From Lama guanicoe (lineage: Eukaryota), in assembly GCA_013239625.1 (NCBI GenBank), contig MU054338.1:2730977-2794976 (forward strand): a stretch of 64,000 nt of DNA. The letters run 5' to 3'. The notes beneath the pieces are model-generated. The model ran no database searches. It had not been told where the DNA came from and saw only the letters and a list, made by a program, of their open reading frames with translations. Positions 38,401 to 56,013 of this stretch are shown piece by piece. Within the stretch, counting starts at the first letter, position 1. Each line of letters begins with the position of its first letter. The translations under genes and the position numbers were made by a program.

Positions 38401-41400
38401 GCATTTATCGAGCCCCTTCTGGGTGCCAGGCTGTTTGGGGTTTGGCCCCATCATTATGGTGGTCGAGAGAACTGAGGTATAGGGAGCTCCAGGCACAGCC
38501 CTGACCAAGATCCCCCAGCTGGGGTTCGAATCCAGACAGCCTGGTTCCAGCCTCCAGGCACTTAACCACCCCACTGGGCTCAGTGGACAAAGCACTTTTA
38601 CTTTTTTAAGGTGTTTGTGCACCCCACATCCCCCACTCGGTGAGGTCAGGGAAGGGCAGCCAGGCGGCACCCTCAGCAGGTGGGGAAGGGACTGTGTGTC
38701 TCAGCCACTGCCCCCCACAGAGCGCATCCCCAAGTCCCATGTTCCATCCCGCAGCGCCTTAGTGGAAGAATCTAGGAAACGAAGACTCCTGGAAGACTCC
38801 GATTCAGACGAGGGTGCTCCTCCCTGCCAGCCCCGGCCGGCTGTGCCGCCCAAGCCCACTGCCATCCTGGACGAGGTGAGTGGGGCTGCCTGCATCTCCG
38901 CCCGCTCACAGGTTGAGCAGGAGCCAAGTGAGCCAGGGTTTGGCTTAACTTTGTCTTGAAAGTGGAGTCTGGGTCGTAAATGCTCACCTCTGCCATCGTA
39001 GCACAAAATAGGCATAGATCCTGTGTAAATAAGCCAGCGTGGCCATGTGCCAATAAAACTTTATTTACAAAGACAGGTGGTAGGCCCTGTGGATCAGTAG
39101 TTTTGCACCCCTGCTTCAGCTGCAGAAACCAGGAGACTCCCCAGGTTTGTGGACTCCCGGGCAGCCCTGCTCCATGCGATCACTCAGGGATGCAAGCTCC
39201 CCGCATCTTGTTCTGCCCTGTCCTGGAACGTGGATTCCAGCTCCGTGGTTACAGTTGGCTCAGCGCACCCTGGGGTTCCCGCTGCAGGAAGGCTGAGGGT
39301 GTGTGGAGGAGCGCCTGCAAGCAGCCCAAGGCCCAGATTCAGATGCGGCCCACCTCCACTCCCCTCCAGGCCCAGTGGCTGGACGTGGTCACGGGGCCAT
39401 ATCTGCTGCAGTGGAAGCTGGCAGCTGCTGCCTCCAGCTGCCCGCGTTGGCAGACAGATGGCAAGAAGAGGGTTTGGCCGGGAGGGGCCAGGGATGACTG
39501 GCATTTTCCAGCATGGCCATCTTACCCAAGGTGGTCAGGGCCACTCGGTTTTGTTAATCGAAGGAGAGGGGTTAAAGTGGGAAATTGTAAATAACACAGA
39601 CACCCCAGAATGTTTCTATTTTAATTCAAAACGTGTTTGTGGTCTGTATTAGTTAAATACAAGTCTAACCACTGGACACCACCCAAAGGAACAGTGGTTT
39701 CAACTGCACAGAAGTTACTTTTCTCTGAAACAACAGTTGTGCAGGGCCATGCAGAACAGGGAGGGTGGTTCCCTGGTGTCCCGGGCCCAGGAGGCCTCCT
39801 TCTCATTGTCCTGCCGTTCCGAGCATGGTGCCCTCACTGCAAGGCAGCTCAGTGCCACCTCTGCATCCCAGCCAGTGGGAAGGATAGGGCAGGGGGGGAG
39901 GGCCTGGAGGGTCCACATACCCTGGGCTGAGCACATCCCTCTGCTCACACCCCATTGGTCAGAACTGGACCACCCGACCACACCCCCCTGCAAAGGGGCC
40001 TGGGAAATGTAGTCTTTCGTGGCACAGCCATGTTTCAGCTGAGAATTCCGAGCGTGGGTTTGCAGGCCACGCACTCTCACCCATTAATCTTTTGACATAG
40101 GACCTAGATGTTTTTTTCGAGGCTGTATCCCCTGGTTAGAGTTCTCACACTGTCTTGTACCCTCAGGATTCATTGTCTAAAATTTCCTCTTTATTTTTTT
40201 CTTTCAAGTGGAAGAAGAGATTGAAGGTTCTCTCAGCGCAGTCTGACCTTTTATGATTTTCCCCGTCTTTTTTTATAGTTACCTTGTTTGTCACTAATTT
40301 GATGGTAGACCTTCTGTTTTCTTTTGTTTTACACAAACTTCCCTATAACCCTTAGGGAAGCACCTCTTTTTTTAGCCCTCTCTTTCCCTTGGTTTAGTTT
40401 AATCACACCAGCACCTGGCTTAAACAGGCTTGGGGTCGAATACACGCAGCTCTCAGCGCCCGGGCCGACACCGGGGCCCATAACAGTGCTTGGCAAGAGG
40501 CAAAGGACAGCAGTTATTCCGCCAGTCAGCTCGGTGGTGCCGGATAAGAAAGGTTCAGCTGGGACTGCCGGTCTCTCTCTGTCCCCGCCCTGGACTGCGT
40601 CTGTCCTGGTCACCACACACAGGGAATGCAGGGTGGCCACTGTGTCCTCCTCCTCCCCCCCCCCCCCCCCCCCCCGCCCCCCCACCTTTGCCCAGAGCGC
40701 CCTCCCTTCCATCTCCTCGTCTGACCTCAGCACAAGGGCACCTCTCTGATGAAACCTCTGCTGACCAGCTTATCAGCAGTGGCCACCCCCCTGTACACTG
40801 TCACACCACCCTGACTTCTTTCTTTCACACCACTGGTCAGATGACTGTGTCCTTGTCATCTGCTTGCTCACCCACCCTCATTGCCCCCTGTGGTGAGCTC
40901 CATGAAGGCAGCCCTCTGCCTTCGTGCTCCCCTGCACCCCCAGCTCCTGGCTCTGACGGCCTCCTGTACCCAGTGGTTTCCAGTTCCTCTATTTAAACAT
41001 CAGACAGATGCAAGGGGTCCCTCCTGGTGAGATTGAAGAGCTGGAGATGGGGCTGAGTCTCTTTCAGCTTCCCCCTAACTAGTTCCCAGTGTGGGTTCCT
41101 GCATCTTCCATCATTCCTTAGAACATGTTGAGCACCTAATATAGACCTAGCAGTGAACAAGACAGCAGTCCACAGCGTGGTTGAGGAGGCAGTTAATAAG
41201 GCAGTAGAGGGCACTGTGGTCACAGACATGCAGCACTTACTTGAACTATGGGGAAAGGCTTCCCAGGAGAGCAGATACTTGTGTTGGGTTTTGAAGGATG
41301 AGTAGGAGTTCACCAAGTGAACTAGAAGCAAAGGGGGCATTCCAGGTGGAGGGAATGGCATGGGTAGAAGCGTGGAGGTGAGCAGCCACGGTGTGATTTA

Positions 41401-42892
41401 GGAAGTGTAAGTGCAGGGTGTGTGCCTTAGAAAATGGGCAGACACCTTGAGTGCCAAGCTTAGGGCAATGGGGAGCCACAGAGGAGTTTAGAGCAGGGGA
41501 AAGAGTTGGTCAGCACAGCAGGGGAAATGGGAATGGTAAATCTGGCTCAGCTGGGTACTAGGAGCAGGGAGGCCAGAGAAGGGGTGGGATCTGGGACAGA
41601 CCCCTGAGTCATTCCCCACCACCACCACCTATAGGCCCCAAAAGCCAAGAGGAAGGCAGAGATCTGGGAGCGCAGCGTGGGCACCCTTGGTAGCAGGCCC
41701 CAGCTGTCGGGCCTGGTCGTGGTGAAGAAAACAGACCTGGACTGCAGCATCGAGCGCGGTGGGGCCCCACCTGCCCCAGGTAGGTTCCTGCTGACCCGGA
41801 AGCTGCATGCAGTACCATGGGTGGCCACCAGGTGGCAGCAGCGCCCCTGCTGTTCAGAGCCTCCATGGGGGGTGAGCTGGGGAGTGTGTGTACCCCACCT
41901 AGGGTAAGGGGAGAAGGGTGGAGTTTCCTTTTTTCTTTTAATTACAAAAAGAGCAAGTGCTCATTTTTAAAACTCAAGTCGGATAAGGATGTATAGGGTA
42001 AATCACCAGATCCCGCCGCCTCCAGTACCCCTGTCTGCCATTGTCCACAGACACCAGCCCCAGGCCGGTTCCTGGGTGTCTGCATCCTGGTGGTTGTGTC
42101 GCTTACATTCTGTGTATGTGGCCCCCGAACCTTGGGAGGTGGAGAATTAGGGTGGGGTCGGCCTGGCGAGGTGGAAAGAGCAGGATTCTGGGGCACCACG
42201 TGCTGGTCTGTGGCCTCGGTTGAGGAGCCTGTCCCCCATAAGACGCGGATGACAACAGGACCAACCCCCAGGGCCTCGTAGAGTTTGGAGCTGATCCCTG
42301 AGCTGCTCCACGTCAGGTGCCTGCAGTATATCCTGGTGCCCACCGGGCCTTCTGGATACGTGGGCCGTTGTTACCAGAACAGTTACTACCCCACTTATCA
42401 GATGAGGAGACTGAGGCCCAGAGAGGTGAAGCCACTTGCCCAGAGCCACACAGCCGGGTGGGTGGCGGAGCCGATGTCTGCCCCTCTTCATCACAGTGGT
42501 ACATGGGTTCACTTGGGACTTGGAGCATTTCCATTTTCTGTGCCTCCTGCACAGGCACCTGTGCCCACCCAGGTCAGCTTTCAGAAGTGGAGCTGCTGGG
42601 CTAAGGGGTGTGTGGATTTGCACTGTGATGGGTCTGCCAGGTGGTTTCCAGAAAGGCTGCAAACAAGCAGGAATGGCCGACCCCACTCTCCTGACCTCAC
42701 CTGGGCTCAGCCCTGTTGGAACTGTCTGGAGAGGGGCTGCAGGGAGACGCTGGTCAGCTAGCTCTTGCCTCTCCCCCAGGCGCCACAGAGAATGGGCAGG
42801 CGGCTGACCCTGCGACCCGGATGCCCGGCACCTCCTCCCTGAGCCAGCTGGGTGTGTATTCGGACAGTGAGGACAGCAACAGCAGCAACTGA
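28984..42892 (+). CDS. YJU2: Splicing factor YJU2 (CCDC94), 321 aa, CWC16 family with two CxxC pairs
   Basis: Exons 28984-29007, 30979-31079, 32487-32631, 34896-35030, 37371-37552, 38755-38875, 41635-41779, 42780-42892 sum to 966 nt in frame. [21 protein letters not shown]...CKTC...CTRC...[19 protein letters not shown]. Confidence 0.97.
30367..30895 (+). mobile_element. MER21-like ERV solo LTR
   Basis: TG...CA termini (tgtgcaggaagagttaa...ttggggatctggacaca) with gctcc/actcc flanks as the putative TSD. Confidence 0.7.
33017..33320 (+). mobile_element. Two nested/tandem tRNA-derived SINEs (camelid Vic-1-like)
   Basis: gggagggtacagctcagtggtagag...ggttcagtcccc (33018) and gagggtatagctcaagtggtagag...ggttcaatcccc (33118), each with a taaac(c/t)taatt tail. 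Confidence 0.85.
33335..33505 (+). mobile_element. L1 3' end fragment (cetartiodactyl type) with poly-A
   Basis: ataaacaagatcctaccgtgtagcacagg...tataactgaatcactgtgctgtacgccagaaa...aataaaaaaaa. Confidence 0.8.
33565..33995 (-). mobile_element. Old L1 (L1MB-like) 3' region
   Basis: acagctttatgagat...catacaattcacccttttaagtgt...cttctctcactgagcat...ttcatccgtgttgta. Confidence 0.75.
35046..35112 (+). repeat. (TG)n / TGCA-interrupted microsatellite
   Basis: tgtgtgtgtgtgtgtgtg core just after the YJU2 exon 4 donor. Confidence 0.85.
35330..35738 (+). mobile_element. MLT1E/F-like MaLR LTR remnant
   Basis: ggccacatggcag...ccagcaggaaggcggggatctcagtcccacaaccacgaggagctgaattct...ttaagccactg...ttgttgcatagcaagagagaact. 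Confidence 0.7.
36360..36850 (-). mobile_element. MLT1-like LTR remnant
   Basis: tgtgtaacaagttgcctcaaaactt...cacagttttcgagggtcaggaatcc...ttttcaaaccaccac. Confidence 0.6.
41822..41840 (+). promoter_or_regulatory. CTCF-binding motif
   Basis: TGGCCACCAGGTGGCAGCA matches the CTCF consensus. Confidence 0.6.
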
Positions 42893-43375
42893 GCCCCGCC
42901 CCCGGCCCTTCCTGGGGTCAAGGTCACACATCCAGCTCCAGACGGTGGTCAGTGGTCGGGCAGGAGGCCTTGGGACCAACTGGAGTTACGACCAGACAAA
43001 CATGAATGTCTTCCGTGGCCGGTGGGGCCATCGAGAGCTTCTGCCAAAGGACTCAGTGTCTCTCCCGTCCGCCCTCCCGCTCTCTGGAGCTCGGGGTCCC
43101 CAGCTCACACCACAGCATCCCTGGAACAGCTTCCAGGAGGCCTTGGAGTCGTCTCTCGGACAGTCCTTGAGTTGTCAGAGGTGTTTTGTGCACGTGGATG
43201 AGCCCTCCCACCCCAACTGGCTCCATCCCTTCCCACCACAGAACCATCTGGAACCAGTGAAAGGAACCTGCTGATCTGGCCTGGGCACCTTGTCTGTGCC
43301 AGCATCTGAGGAGGGGGCTGCAGACCCACGCGACCCAGCCAGGCCCTGACTCCTGACTCTCAGAAAAGACGAGAT

Positions 43376-43381
43376 AATAAA
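43376..43381 (+). other. YJU2 polyadenylation signal
   Basis: AATAAA about 480 nt after the stop codon. Confidence 0.7.
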
Positions 43382-44112
43382 TGCTGTCTAGCACGTGCAG
43401 TTTGGGGATAATCTGTTAAGCAATAGGAAACTGATATGGTCACGTGGCCAGTAAGTCTGGTTCCACACCTCGTGCTCCTTCAGGGTTGCCTCTCCTACTG
43501 CAGTATTTTCTAGCTGAAGGTCCTGTGCCCCCACCAGTCTCCTCCATATCCTGATCAACCCCCGTCTCTTCTCTCCCAGGGTTACTGCCGTCAGCCCTCC
43601 TCCAACACACACTCACAAACACGCAGACTTGAGTCTGGCATCCGATAATAAGGTTTTGTGCTTTTCACGGTCAGAGTTTGGGAATGAAACACCCCGACTC
43701 TGGGGATCTGCTTCCTACCGTGATTTCCCTGCTTAGGGACAGGATGAAGAAGTGAACCGGAATCCAACCAGGGCTTCTTGTGAGGGGCAGGGGGTCTCAC
43801 ATCACAGCTCCACGGCTGCGAGGATGGAACCTGGGGGGCCTGATTCTGAAACCCTGAAGCTGGCCCCCACTGGCAGCTGGTGAGAACTGAAGCCTCCTGC
43901 ATCTCTCTTCCAAGTTCTGTGCTCAGCAGCTTACAGCTGGCCACGGCAGGAGTGTTTACACCATGGAAATCGGGAAATGCTGCAAATCGGTCCTCCACGC
44001 CAGAGCCAGTTGTGAAGCATGGACCAGCACCCATTTCCTCCCAACTCAGCATCCTACAGGCAGGGCCTGGGATGTGGGCCACTCAGAGACTCTGGGTTAA
44101 AATGAATCACCC

Positions 44113-44236
44113 GGGGGAGAGTCTAGCTCAGTAGTAGAATGCATGCTTAGCATGCACGACGTCCTGGGTTCGATCCCCAGTACCTCCATTAAAAGTAAAT
44201 AAATTAATTAACTCTCCCCTCAAAAAAAATACTTGA
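44113..44236 (+). mobile_element. tRNA-derived SINE (camelid Vic-1-like)
   Basis: ggggagagtctagctcagtagtagaatgcatgcttagcatgcacgacgtcctgggttcgatccccagtacctcc; flanked by aaaatgaatcacc / aaaataaatcatc (degenerate TSD). Confidence 0.88.
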
Positions 44237-44444
44237 AAAATAAATCATCCAGCTTAAGTAGTTGTGAACAGAGACTTAGGGGAGGGACCTCTCTGGTTCA
44301 TTCCGATTCATTCTGTCAGACTGTTTCCGGAACTTCCAATGCTCCTGATCCACACAATTTTTGCCTTGTACGCTGCCAGTTGTAAGTTGCTGAGCACCAT
44401 CTGTTACTATTATCAAGTCTTAACCTAACTCCATTCTAAAACGT

Positions 44445-44663
44445 GGGTCCCTATACTATGGTCCACAGGCCAAACCTGGCCCCTCGCCTGTTTTTGTAAA
44501 TGAAGTTTTATTGGCACACTGACACACCCATTTGTCTGCATATTATCCATGGCTGCCTTCACTCTCCGGCGGCAGAAGTGGGTGGTTAAGACAGTGATTC
44601 TAGGACCTGCAAAGCCAAAATATTTACTCTCAGGACCTTTATAGAGAAGGTTCTGTGGCCCCA
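44445..44663 (-). mobile_element. MER58A-like MITE
   Basis: cctgtttttgtaaatgaagttttattggcacac...aaagccaaaatatttactct. Confidence 0.7.
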
Positions 44664-46974
44664 GTCTGGGTCACACAGCTCTGCTCCCCACAGCCTCCAG
44701 GGAAAGGTGGCCAAGACAACTCCTACCCTGACTTCTAGGCTCACACTGTTCCTACATCCCTGCTGGCTGATGTCACCCCGAGGACAGGTGACACAGTGGA
44801 TGGAGTACGTGGGGTCCATTTAGGGAATAATAACAGCTAATGTCAGTGAAGCACGGACCGTCTGCCAAACCTCTGCTAAGCTCTTCACGTGCACTCATTT
44901 GTTTAAGCTTCCCAAAGCAAGTGATTAATCCGTTTGCTCATTCCAAACAATTATTGAGCACCAACTATGTGCCCGGCTCTGTTTTAGGCACTGAGGCTAC
45001 AGCAGTGAAGAAAAACAGCCTCATAGACCACTCTCAAATGTGACATACTTGTTGGAAGATGAAAGATAAAAGACTGAACATCTAAATATCATATTAAGAT
45101 ATAAAAAAAACACGAGAGGTGGTGATAATGTTTGGGAAACTAAAGCAGGGTAGGATGGTCCTGAGGGGGTGCCTGACAAGGTGAGTTTATTGCCTGTGGC
45201 CCCTGTGTTAGAGATCTAATGCTGCATAACCAGTGATCCCCAAATTCAGCAGCTTAAAACCACAGGAATCTGGGTGTGGTTTCGCTGAGTTGTCTGCTTC
45301 AGGGTCTCACAGCAGCAACTGCGGTGTTGGCTGGGGCTGGGGTCTCATCTGAAGGCCCAACTGGGGCAGTATTCATTTCCAAACGCATTCACGTGTTTGT
45401 TGGCGGAATGCATTTCCTCACGGACTCTGGGCCAGAGACTGCGCTTAGTTCCATGCCTGCGCAGATGTTTGCACCAGCTGGCTTCATAAGGAGGGTCTGG
45501 TAGAAGCGGCACCCCATCACTGTGGCTGCTCCACTGGTTAGAAGTGAGCCACAGGTCCCTCCCACATTCCAGGGGCTCACAGGTGGGTGCAACCACCAGG
45601 AGACTGCAGTCATTCGGGACCACCTGAGGGTCTGCCTGCAGACCACCCCCTGGACAGTGAGCTTTGCAAGGGTCAATGTGTTGATGAATGAGTCCCTAGC
45701 ATCTGAGATCATCTGAGCACTTAGTAGGTGCTCAGTGCATGTCTGTGGCCTGAGTGGGTGGCCCCCACTCACAGATGAGGAACTTGAAGCCCAGGGAGCC
45801 CCACCTCCCCGCCCACTCTCTGCCCACCCCCCACCCCCGCCTCCTCTGCACTCCACTGGAACTGTTTCTTTCATTCTTATTTTCCTTGCAGGCTTTGTTC
45901 TCCCACTCAGAACAGTGTGGCTCTTGGCCCTCAGTTTCCTTGTGGGGGTTCCCAAGGCTGAGCAGGCAGAGGCACAGCACAGCCACACATGGGGGTCTGT
46001 CATGTGTGCTGACCCCCCAGGGCCCCAGCCCACTCCCTGCCCTGAGCCTGCCTCCCCGGGACACCCCCCTTTTCACTCTCTGGGGCCTGCCCTTCCCCCT
46101 CACGGCTGACGGTCCCCATTCCCCCCGCAAGCTCGTGTCTGTCATCTGGTCCTTGGGAGCTGTCAGGCCTCATCCAGAATCTCCTCCGTCAATTCCCCTG
46201 GGGCTGCCTGGCTGCTCAAGCACATCAGAGGGACTTGGTGGGGGGTGGCCTCCCCTCCTGCTGGAGCACACTCCTGCCAGGTCCTGGGCTTCACAAAGGA
46301 GATGAGGGGCCGAGGGGCCGCTTCTGCTTCCCCAAGCTCCCTCCACCCCAGAGCTCACCACCCATGCCCTCGGGCACACACTCCCTTACACGCAGAGTGG
46401 GTGACAGGCAGGACCTGGGTTTGAAACTGCAGGGCTCCGAGGCTGCAGCTTTGACCACCACGCTCCGTAGACTGGGAGCGTCTGGGGGCGGACCCGTGCC
46501 TTCCCCGTCAGCCTGGGGCCCTGGAAGGCAGAGCCACTTAGACTGGGAGCTCCTGAAAGCAGGCACGTGTTTCCTCTGTCAGGTGGGTACTTCAGAGGGC
46601 AGGGTCACGCCTCCTCCATCAGACTAGGGGCTTCTGAGGGCAAGGCCATGTCTCATCAGGCTGTGAGCTCAGAAAGGCAGGGCTGTGTTCAGGAGCTTCT
46701 GAGGATAGAAATTCTCTCTCCTATCAGACTAGGAGCTCCTGAGGCCACACCTCCTCCATCAGTTCTGGAGTGCTTAGGCCCCATCATGGGCCATGCCCCT
46801 CTGGTCCCCTCCTGTCCGGTGCCTTGGTTCCCACCCCCCTGCAGACATGCGGATCCATGAGGCAAGAGAGAGCAGGCACAACCCCAGCCAGGGACCTCCT
46901 CTCGCTTCTTCCTGAGGTCCCATCCACCCTAGGCATATATTGAGCACCTACTGTATGCCATACAAGAAAGTACT

Positions 46975-47332
46975 GTTCAGCCATAAAAAGGAATGAAACA
47001 CTGACACTCACTACAATTTAGATGAACTTTAAAAACATGGTGCTCAGTGAGAGAAGCCAGACACAGACGGTAGCATAGTGTGGGATTCCATTTATGTGAA
47101 ATGTCCAGAACAGGCAAACCCACAGAGAGTGGATTCGTGGTGGCCAGGGGCTGGAGATTTGGGAAGAATGGGGAGTGACTACTAACTGGGTGTGGGGTTT
47201 CTCTGGGGGATGATGAAATTGTTCTAGAATTAGTGATGATTACACAATCTTGTGAATGTACTAAAACCCATTGAAATCTACTCTTTAAGTGGGTAGATTG
47301 TGGTATATGTGAATTACATCTCCAAAAAAAAT
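46975..47332 (+). mobile_element. Old L1 (L1MB-like) 3' region
   Basis: cagccataaaaaggaatgaaacactgac...gagaagccagacacag...gtgaatgtactaaaaccc...gtgaattacatctc. Confidence 0.8.
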
Positions 47333-47620
47333 GTTTCAAGGTGCCCAAAACAGTGCCAGGCAGTAGCATTCAACAGAAGTTAGCTGTTACTCTCGTTGTA
47401 CAGACAGGAAGGTAGTCCAGATCACTTACCCAAGGTCAGGTGGGCTGGGACTCCAGAAACTGAGCCCCACCCAAGAGGAGGCCACGCGTGCTGGGGGAAG
47501 GGAGGTCCCCTCAGCCCAGGACCCCCAGACTATCTGCCTCTTTGTCTTTGTCCATGCAAGAGTCCCCTCCTGGCATGGCTCCTTCACTCCCTCCTCCCCC
47601 AATCAGAAAGCCAAAACCCG

Positions 47621-47740
47621 AGGGAAGGGTCTAGCTTAGTGGTAGTGCAAATGCTTAGCATGCAAGAGGTCCGGGTTCAATTCCCAGTACCCGCATTAAA
47701 AAAAAAATTCCCTGCCCTCCCCACCAAAAAAAAGAGAAGA
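47621..47740 (+). mobile_element. tRNA-derived SINE (camelid Vic-1-like)
   Basis: gggaagggtctagcttagtggtag...gcttagcatgcaagaggtccgggttcaattcccagtacc plus A tail. Confidence 0.8.
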
Positions 47741-50450
47741 AAATCACACCCAAGGTTATGTGGCTGTTCAAGGTCACACCACCTAGGGGTCGCTAGACCC
47801 CCCCAGCCTGACTCTCCTCCTCGTCCATGACCTCCCGCTCCTCCCCAACCCCCTCCCTGCTCTTGCGGTGGGAGTCGGGGCAGCCCCAGGAGAAGCCAGC
47901 TCAAAAGCGCAGGAAAGTCAAACGCCGTTTGATTCTGCCTCCGGGGCCTCTAATTGCTATTCCTGACACACACTGTAATTAGAAGGCCCCTTTCAAATAT
48001 TTATACCTTAGACATCGCGTATTTATCTGACAGGGAGAGGACTTGGATTTGATGAGATCTGTCAGCAGCTCATCCCTGGGCAGGGAGTTGCCTTACGGCT
48101 GACAGAAAACAGGACAATCATCCGCCTGCTCCCTGGCAGTCCCGAGGGGTGCTGCCTTGCTGCTGATAGCAGAGGGCAGGGTGGGGTGGGGGGCTGTATG
48201 AATGTTTTTTGGGAGGGAGGACTGAGTTCAACAGGTTTGTGTTGGGCAAGTCAGCCAAAGCAGGAAAGACGAGGGGAGGACAGACCTTGCCTTGTCAGCT
48301 CTGGACCTCATTTGCCCCATCTGGGAAATGGGCTAATAGTGGAGGGGAGACAGAGAACCTCTCATTCCATGAAGAGACCTGGCAGGTGTCAAATGTCACC
48401 CCAAGCCAGGACATATCATGGTGTCCAAGCAGAAATGAGCTGTGGGGTGTCCCTCCCCTCTCTGTGCCTCAGTTTCCCCATCAGGAACAAATTCACTCCC
48501 TCCTTGGCGATCCTTCCTCAGGCTCTCTGGGGTTTTCCTACCAGAAGCACCATTTTTCAAATCAGGAAAGCAAAGTGCAGTCCCTATAGACATTGCCCTG
48601 GTCCCACTATTCTTGGGGAGGGGGGCAGCTCACACCAATGTCACCTCTGACTTGTGTCCTTCCTCCCCTCCAAGCCATAGGCACCTGCCTACCCTAGGGG
48701 GCTTGGAGAAGAAAATCTGAGGGCCCATCCTTTCTGACCACCCCTCTCTTACTGCACTATTAGGGGGAACTGAGCAAGCCCCTTTATGGGAAAAGAAAAA
48801 ATGTGTTTGCTCTAGAACCGGCCAGCAGCTCCCTTTGCCTCTCTCACTGCCCCCTAACCCCTTAGCGTCCTCACCCCCAGACAGCTGCAGCTGCCTACAG
48901 GCAGCCAGGCCAGGCAAGAGGGAGACCTCTCTCATTTGTACCCCTCCCTGCCTCCACCCCCAGAAACCACAAAAGGACAGATGCTGAAGACACGCAGGCA
49001 CAGATACCATCTCCCTTCCCATGGCCAGCTGCCCCAGCCCCCTTCCCCCATCCTGCACTTAGTCCCCTGGGAAGAGGGGACGGAGAAGAGCCCTCTTGGG
49101 GGAGGGGAAGGCAGAAACCCGTCGCTTCTGTCGTCTGCCCTCTTCCTTCAGCTGGCTGCGTCGATATCCATTTTAGCCAGTGACCTCTGGAACAATTTCC
49201 ACACTCCCAGTCCCCTGGTCAGTTTCACCTCAGATCCTTGGTCGATTTCAGTCCTCAGCAGTGGCGACTCTCACCCCCTCTGCCGGTCAATTTCACCTTT
49301 TCTGGCGGTCAAGTCCAGCCCCCCATTTCCCAGCCAATTTCCACCTCCACTCCCTCTCCCACCTCCCCACCTCAGCACCTCTCGCTCTCCCGAGCAAGAT
49401 CAGCCTCTGTTGGTTCCCACCTCCCGCGCTTCTCTCTCGCTCCTGCCAGCCTGGGTCCTTCGGGTCACTGTCCAGTCGCCGCGGCCTCAGCCCCCCGCGA
49501 CTCCCGCCCCGCATCCCTCCTCCCCCCACCGGCAGTGGCCCCGCTCCCTCCCCAGAACAGCTGAAGGTCTCAGTCACCTCCGAGGGGAGCGCGGGTGGGG
49601 GGAGAGGGGAAGCCCTGACGTCGCTGCCCCGGACGCTGCCCGGAGCTGGTGGGGCTGGGGCGTCCGCCCGAGCGCCCCCTCCCCAAAGTCCCACCTCCCG
49701 ACCGTGCGCTGCCGGCGCGGCTAAAGTCTCTCCGAAAGCGTGAAGGGGGATTGGAGGAGATTTTATTTCCCTTTGTGCCCGCGGCCGGGGCCGGATCGAG
49801 GCGGCCGGGCCCCGGGGCCGCGGGATTGGGGCTCCCCCCGGAGCGGCGAGGAGCGCAACAAAGGATGCGCGGCACCGGGGTCACCGTCCCCGCGGTCCAA
49901 CTTTGTGCGTGGAGCCCGGGTCCCCGGGGAGCCCGCCCGCTGCGCTGAGAACCCAGGCGTCTAGGCTGAGCCAGGGCTTGCGGGCGTCCGCAGGCGGCGC
50001 TTTCCCGGGTCCCCGGCTCCTGGCTTCCAGGAGGGGATCCTCGAGCTTCCCGTAGACAGCGGGCGGCCGAGCCGCGCACGGAGACCGCGCTGCCGGTGGG
50101 AACTCTGCGCGCCTCCGCGGATGCCCCTAGCTCCGGCCGGTCGACCCCGCGCTCGGCGTTCAGGGCCCTGCGGAGCGCCCCCTTCCCACGCTGTCCTTCC
50201 GGAGCCGGGCTAAGGTGCGCTTTCGCTCCTCTTCCCTCCTTCTCTTTCTCCCACCTCTATCTCCTCCTTTTTCTCCTCTTTTCACCCTCTGCTGACCCCA
50301 AGCAAGGGGCACACCGGGTCTTTCTCCTCCTTTCTCTCCTTCCTCCCTTCTCCTCCTCCTCCCTGGAGACTCTACCGAGGAAGGGGTCCAAGAAGGGGGC
50401 ATGTGGGTCCGCCTCTGACGGTGGACAGGTTTGGGGAGACACGCGCTCAG

Positions 50451-55801
<5,351 letters not shown>

Positions 55802-56007
55802 CCGGGAGCCTCAGCCTCCCGCCTTGGGCTGCAAGGACCCAGAAACACTGGCTGCAAACGTTGGAGGTCTTTCCAGCCCTGGAGGAGGCCAGATGGAGAC
55901 ACTCCCTGTCCCTCAGGCCCTGGGTCCTCATCAGAGTCGCCCTGCTCGGCCCCCTTCTGGGTTCTATGGCCCAGAATGGTGTCTGGAAACCCTCCTCTGG
56001 CCTGGAA

Positions 56008-56013
56008 AATAAA
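56008..56013 (+). other. SHD polyadenylation signal
   Basis: AATAAA about 200 nt after the stop, followed by a GT/T-rich stretch. Confidence 0.8.

Noticed and set aside
37563..39652. 200-256 aa intronic ORFs in YJU2 introns (similarly 20218-20981 and 48936-49743)
   Set aside because: Expected by chance at this GC content; Pro/Gly/Ser-rich, non-ATG starts, no domains.
44113..44190. tRNA genes (also at about 9000, 25600, 33020, 33120, 47620, 63720)
   Set aside because: A and B boxes are present, but the copies are diverged, dispersed, and carry A-rich tails and TSDs. They are tRNA-derived SINEs.
50159..50200. REST/RE1 site in the SHD 5' region
   Set aside because: ttcagggccctgcggagcgcc has too many mismatches in both half-sites; the nearby gctgtcc lacks a partner half-site.
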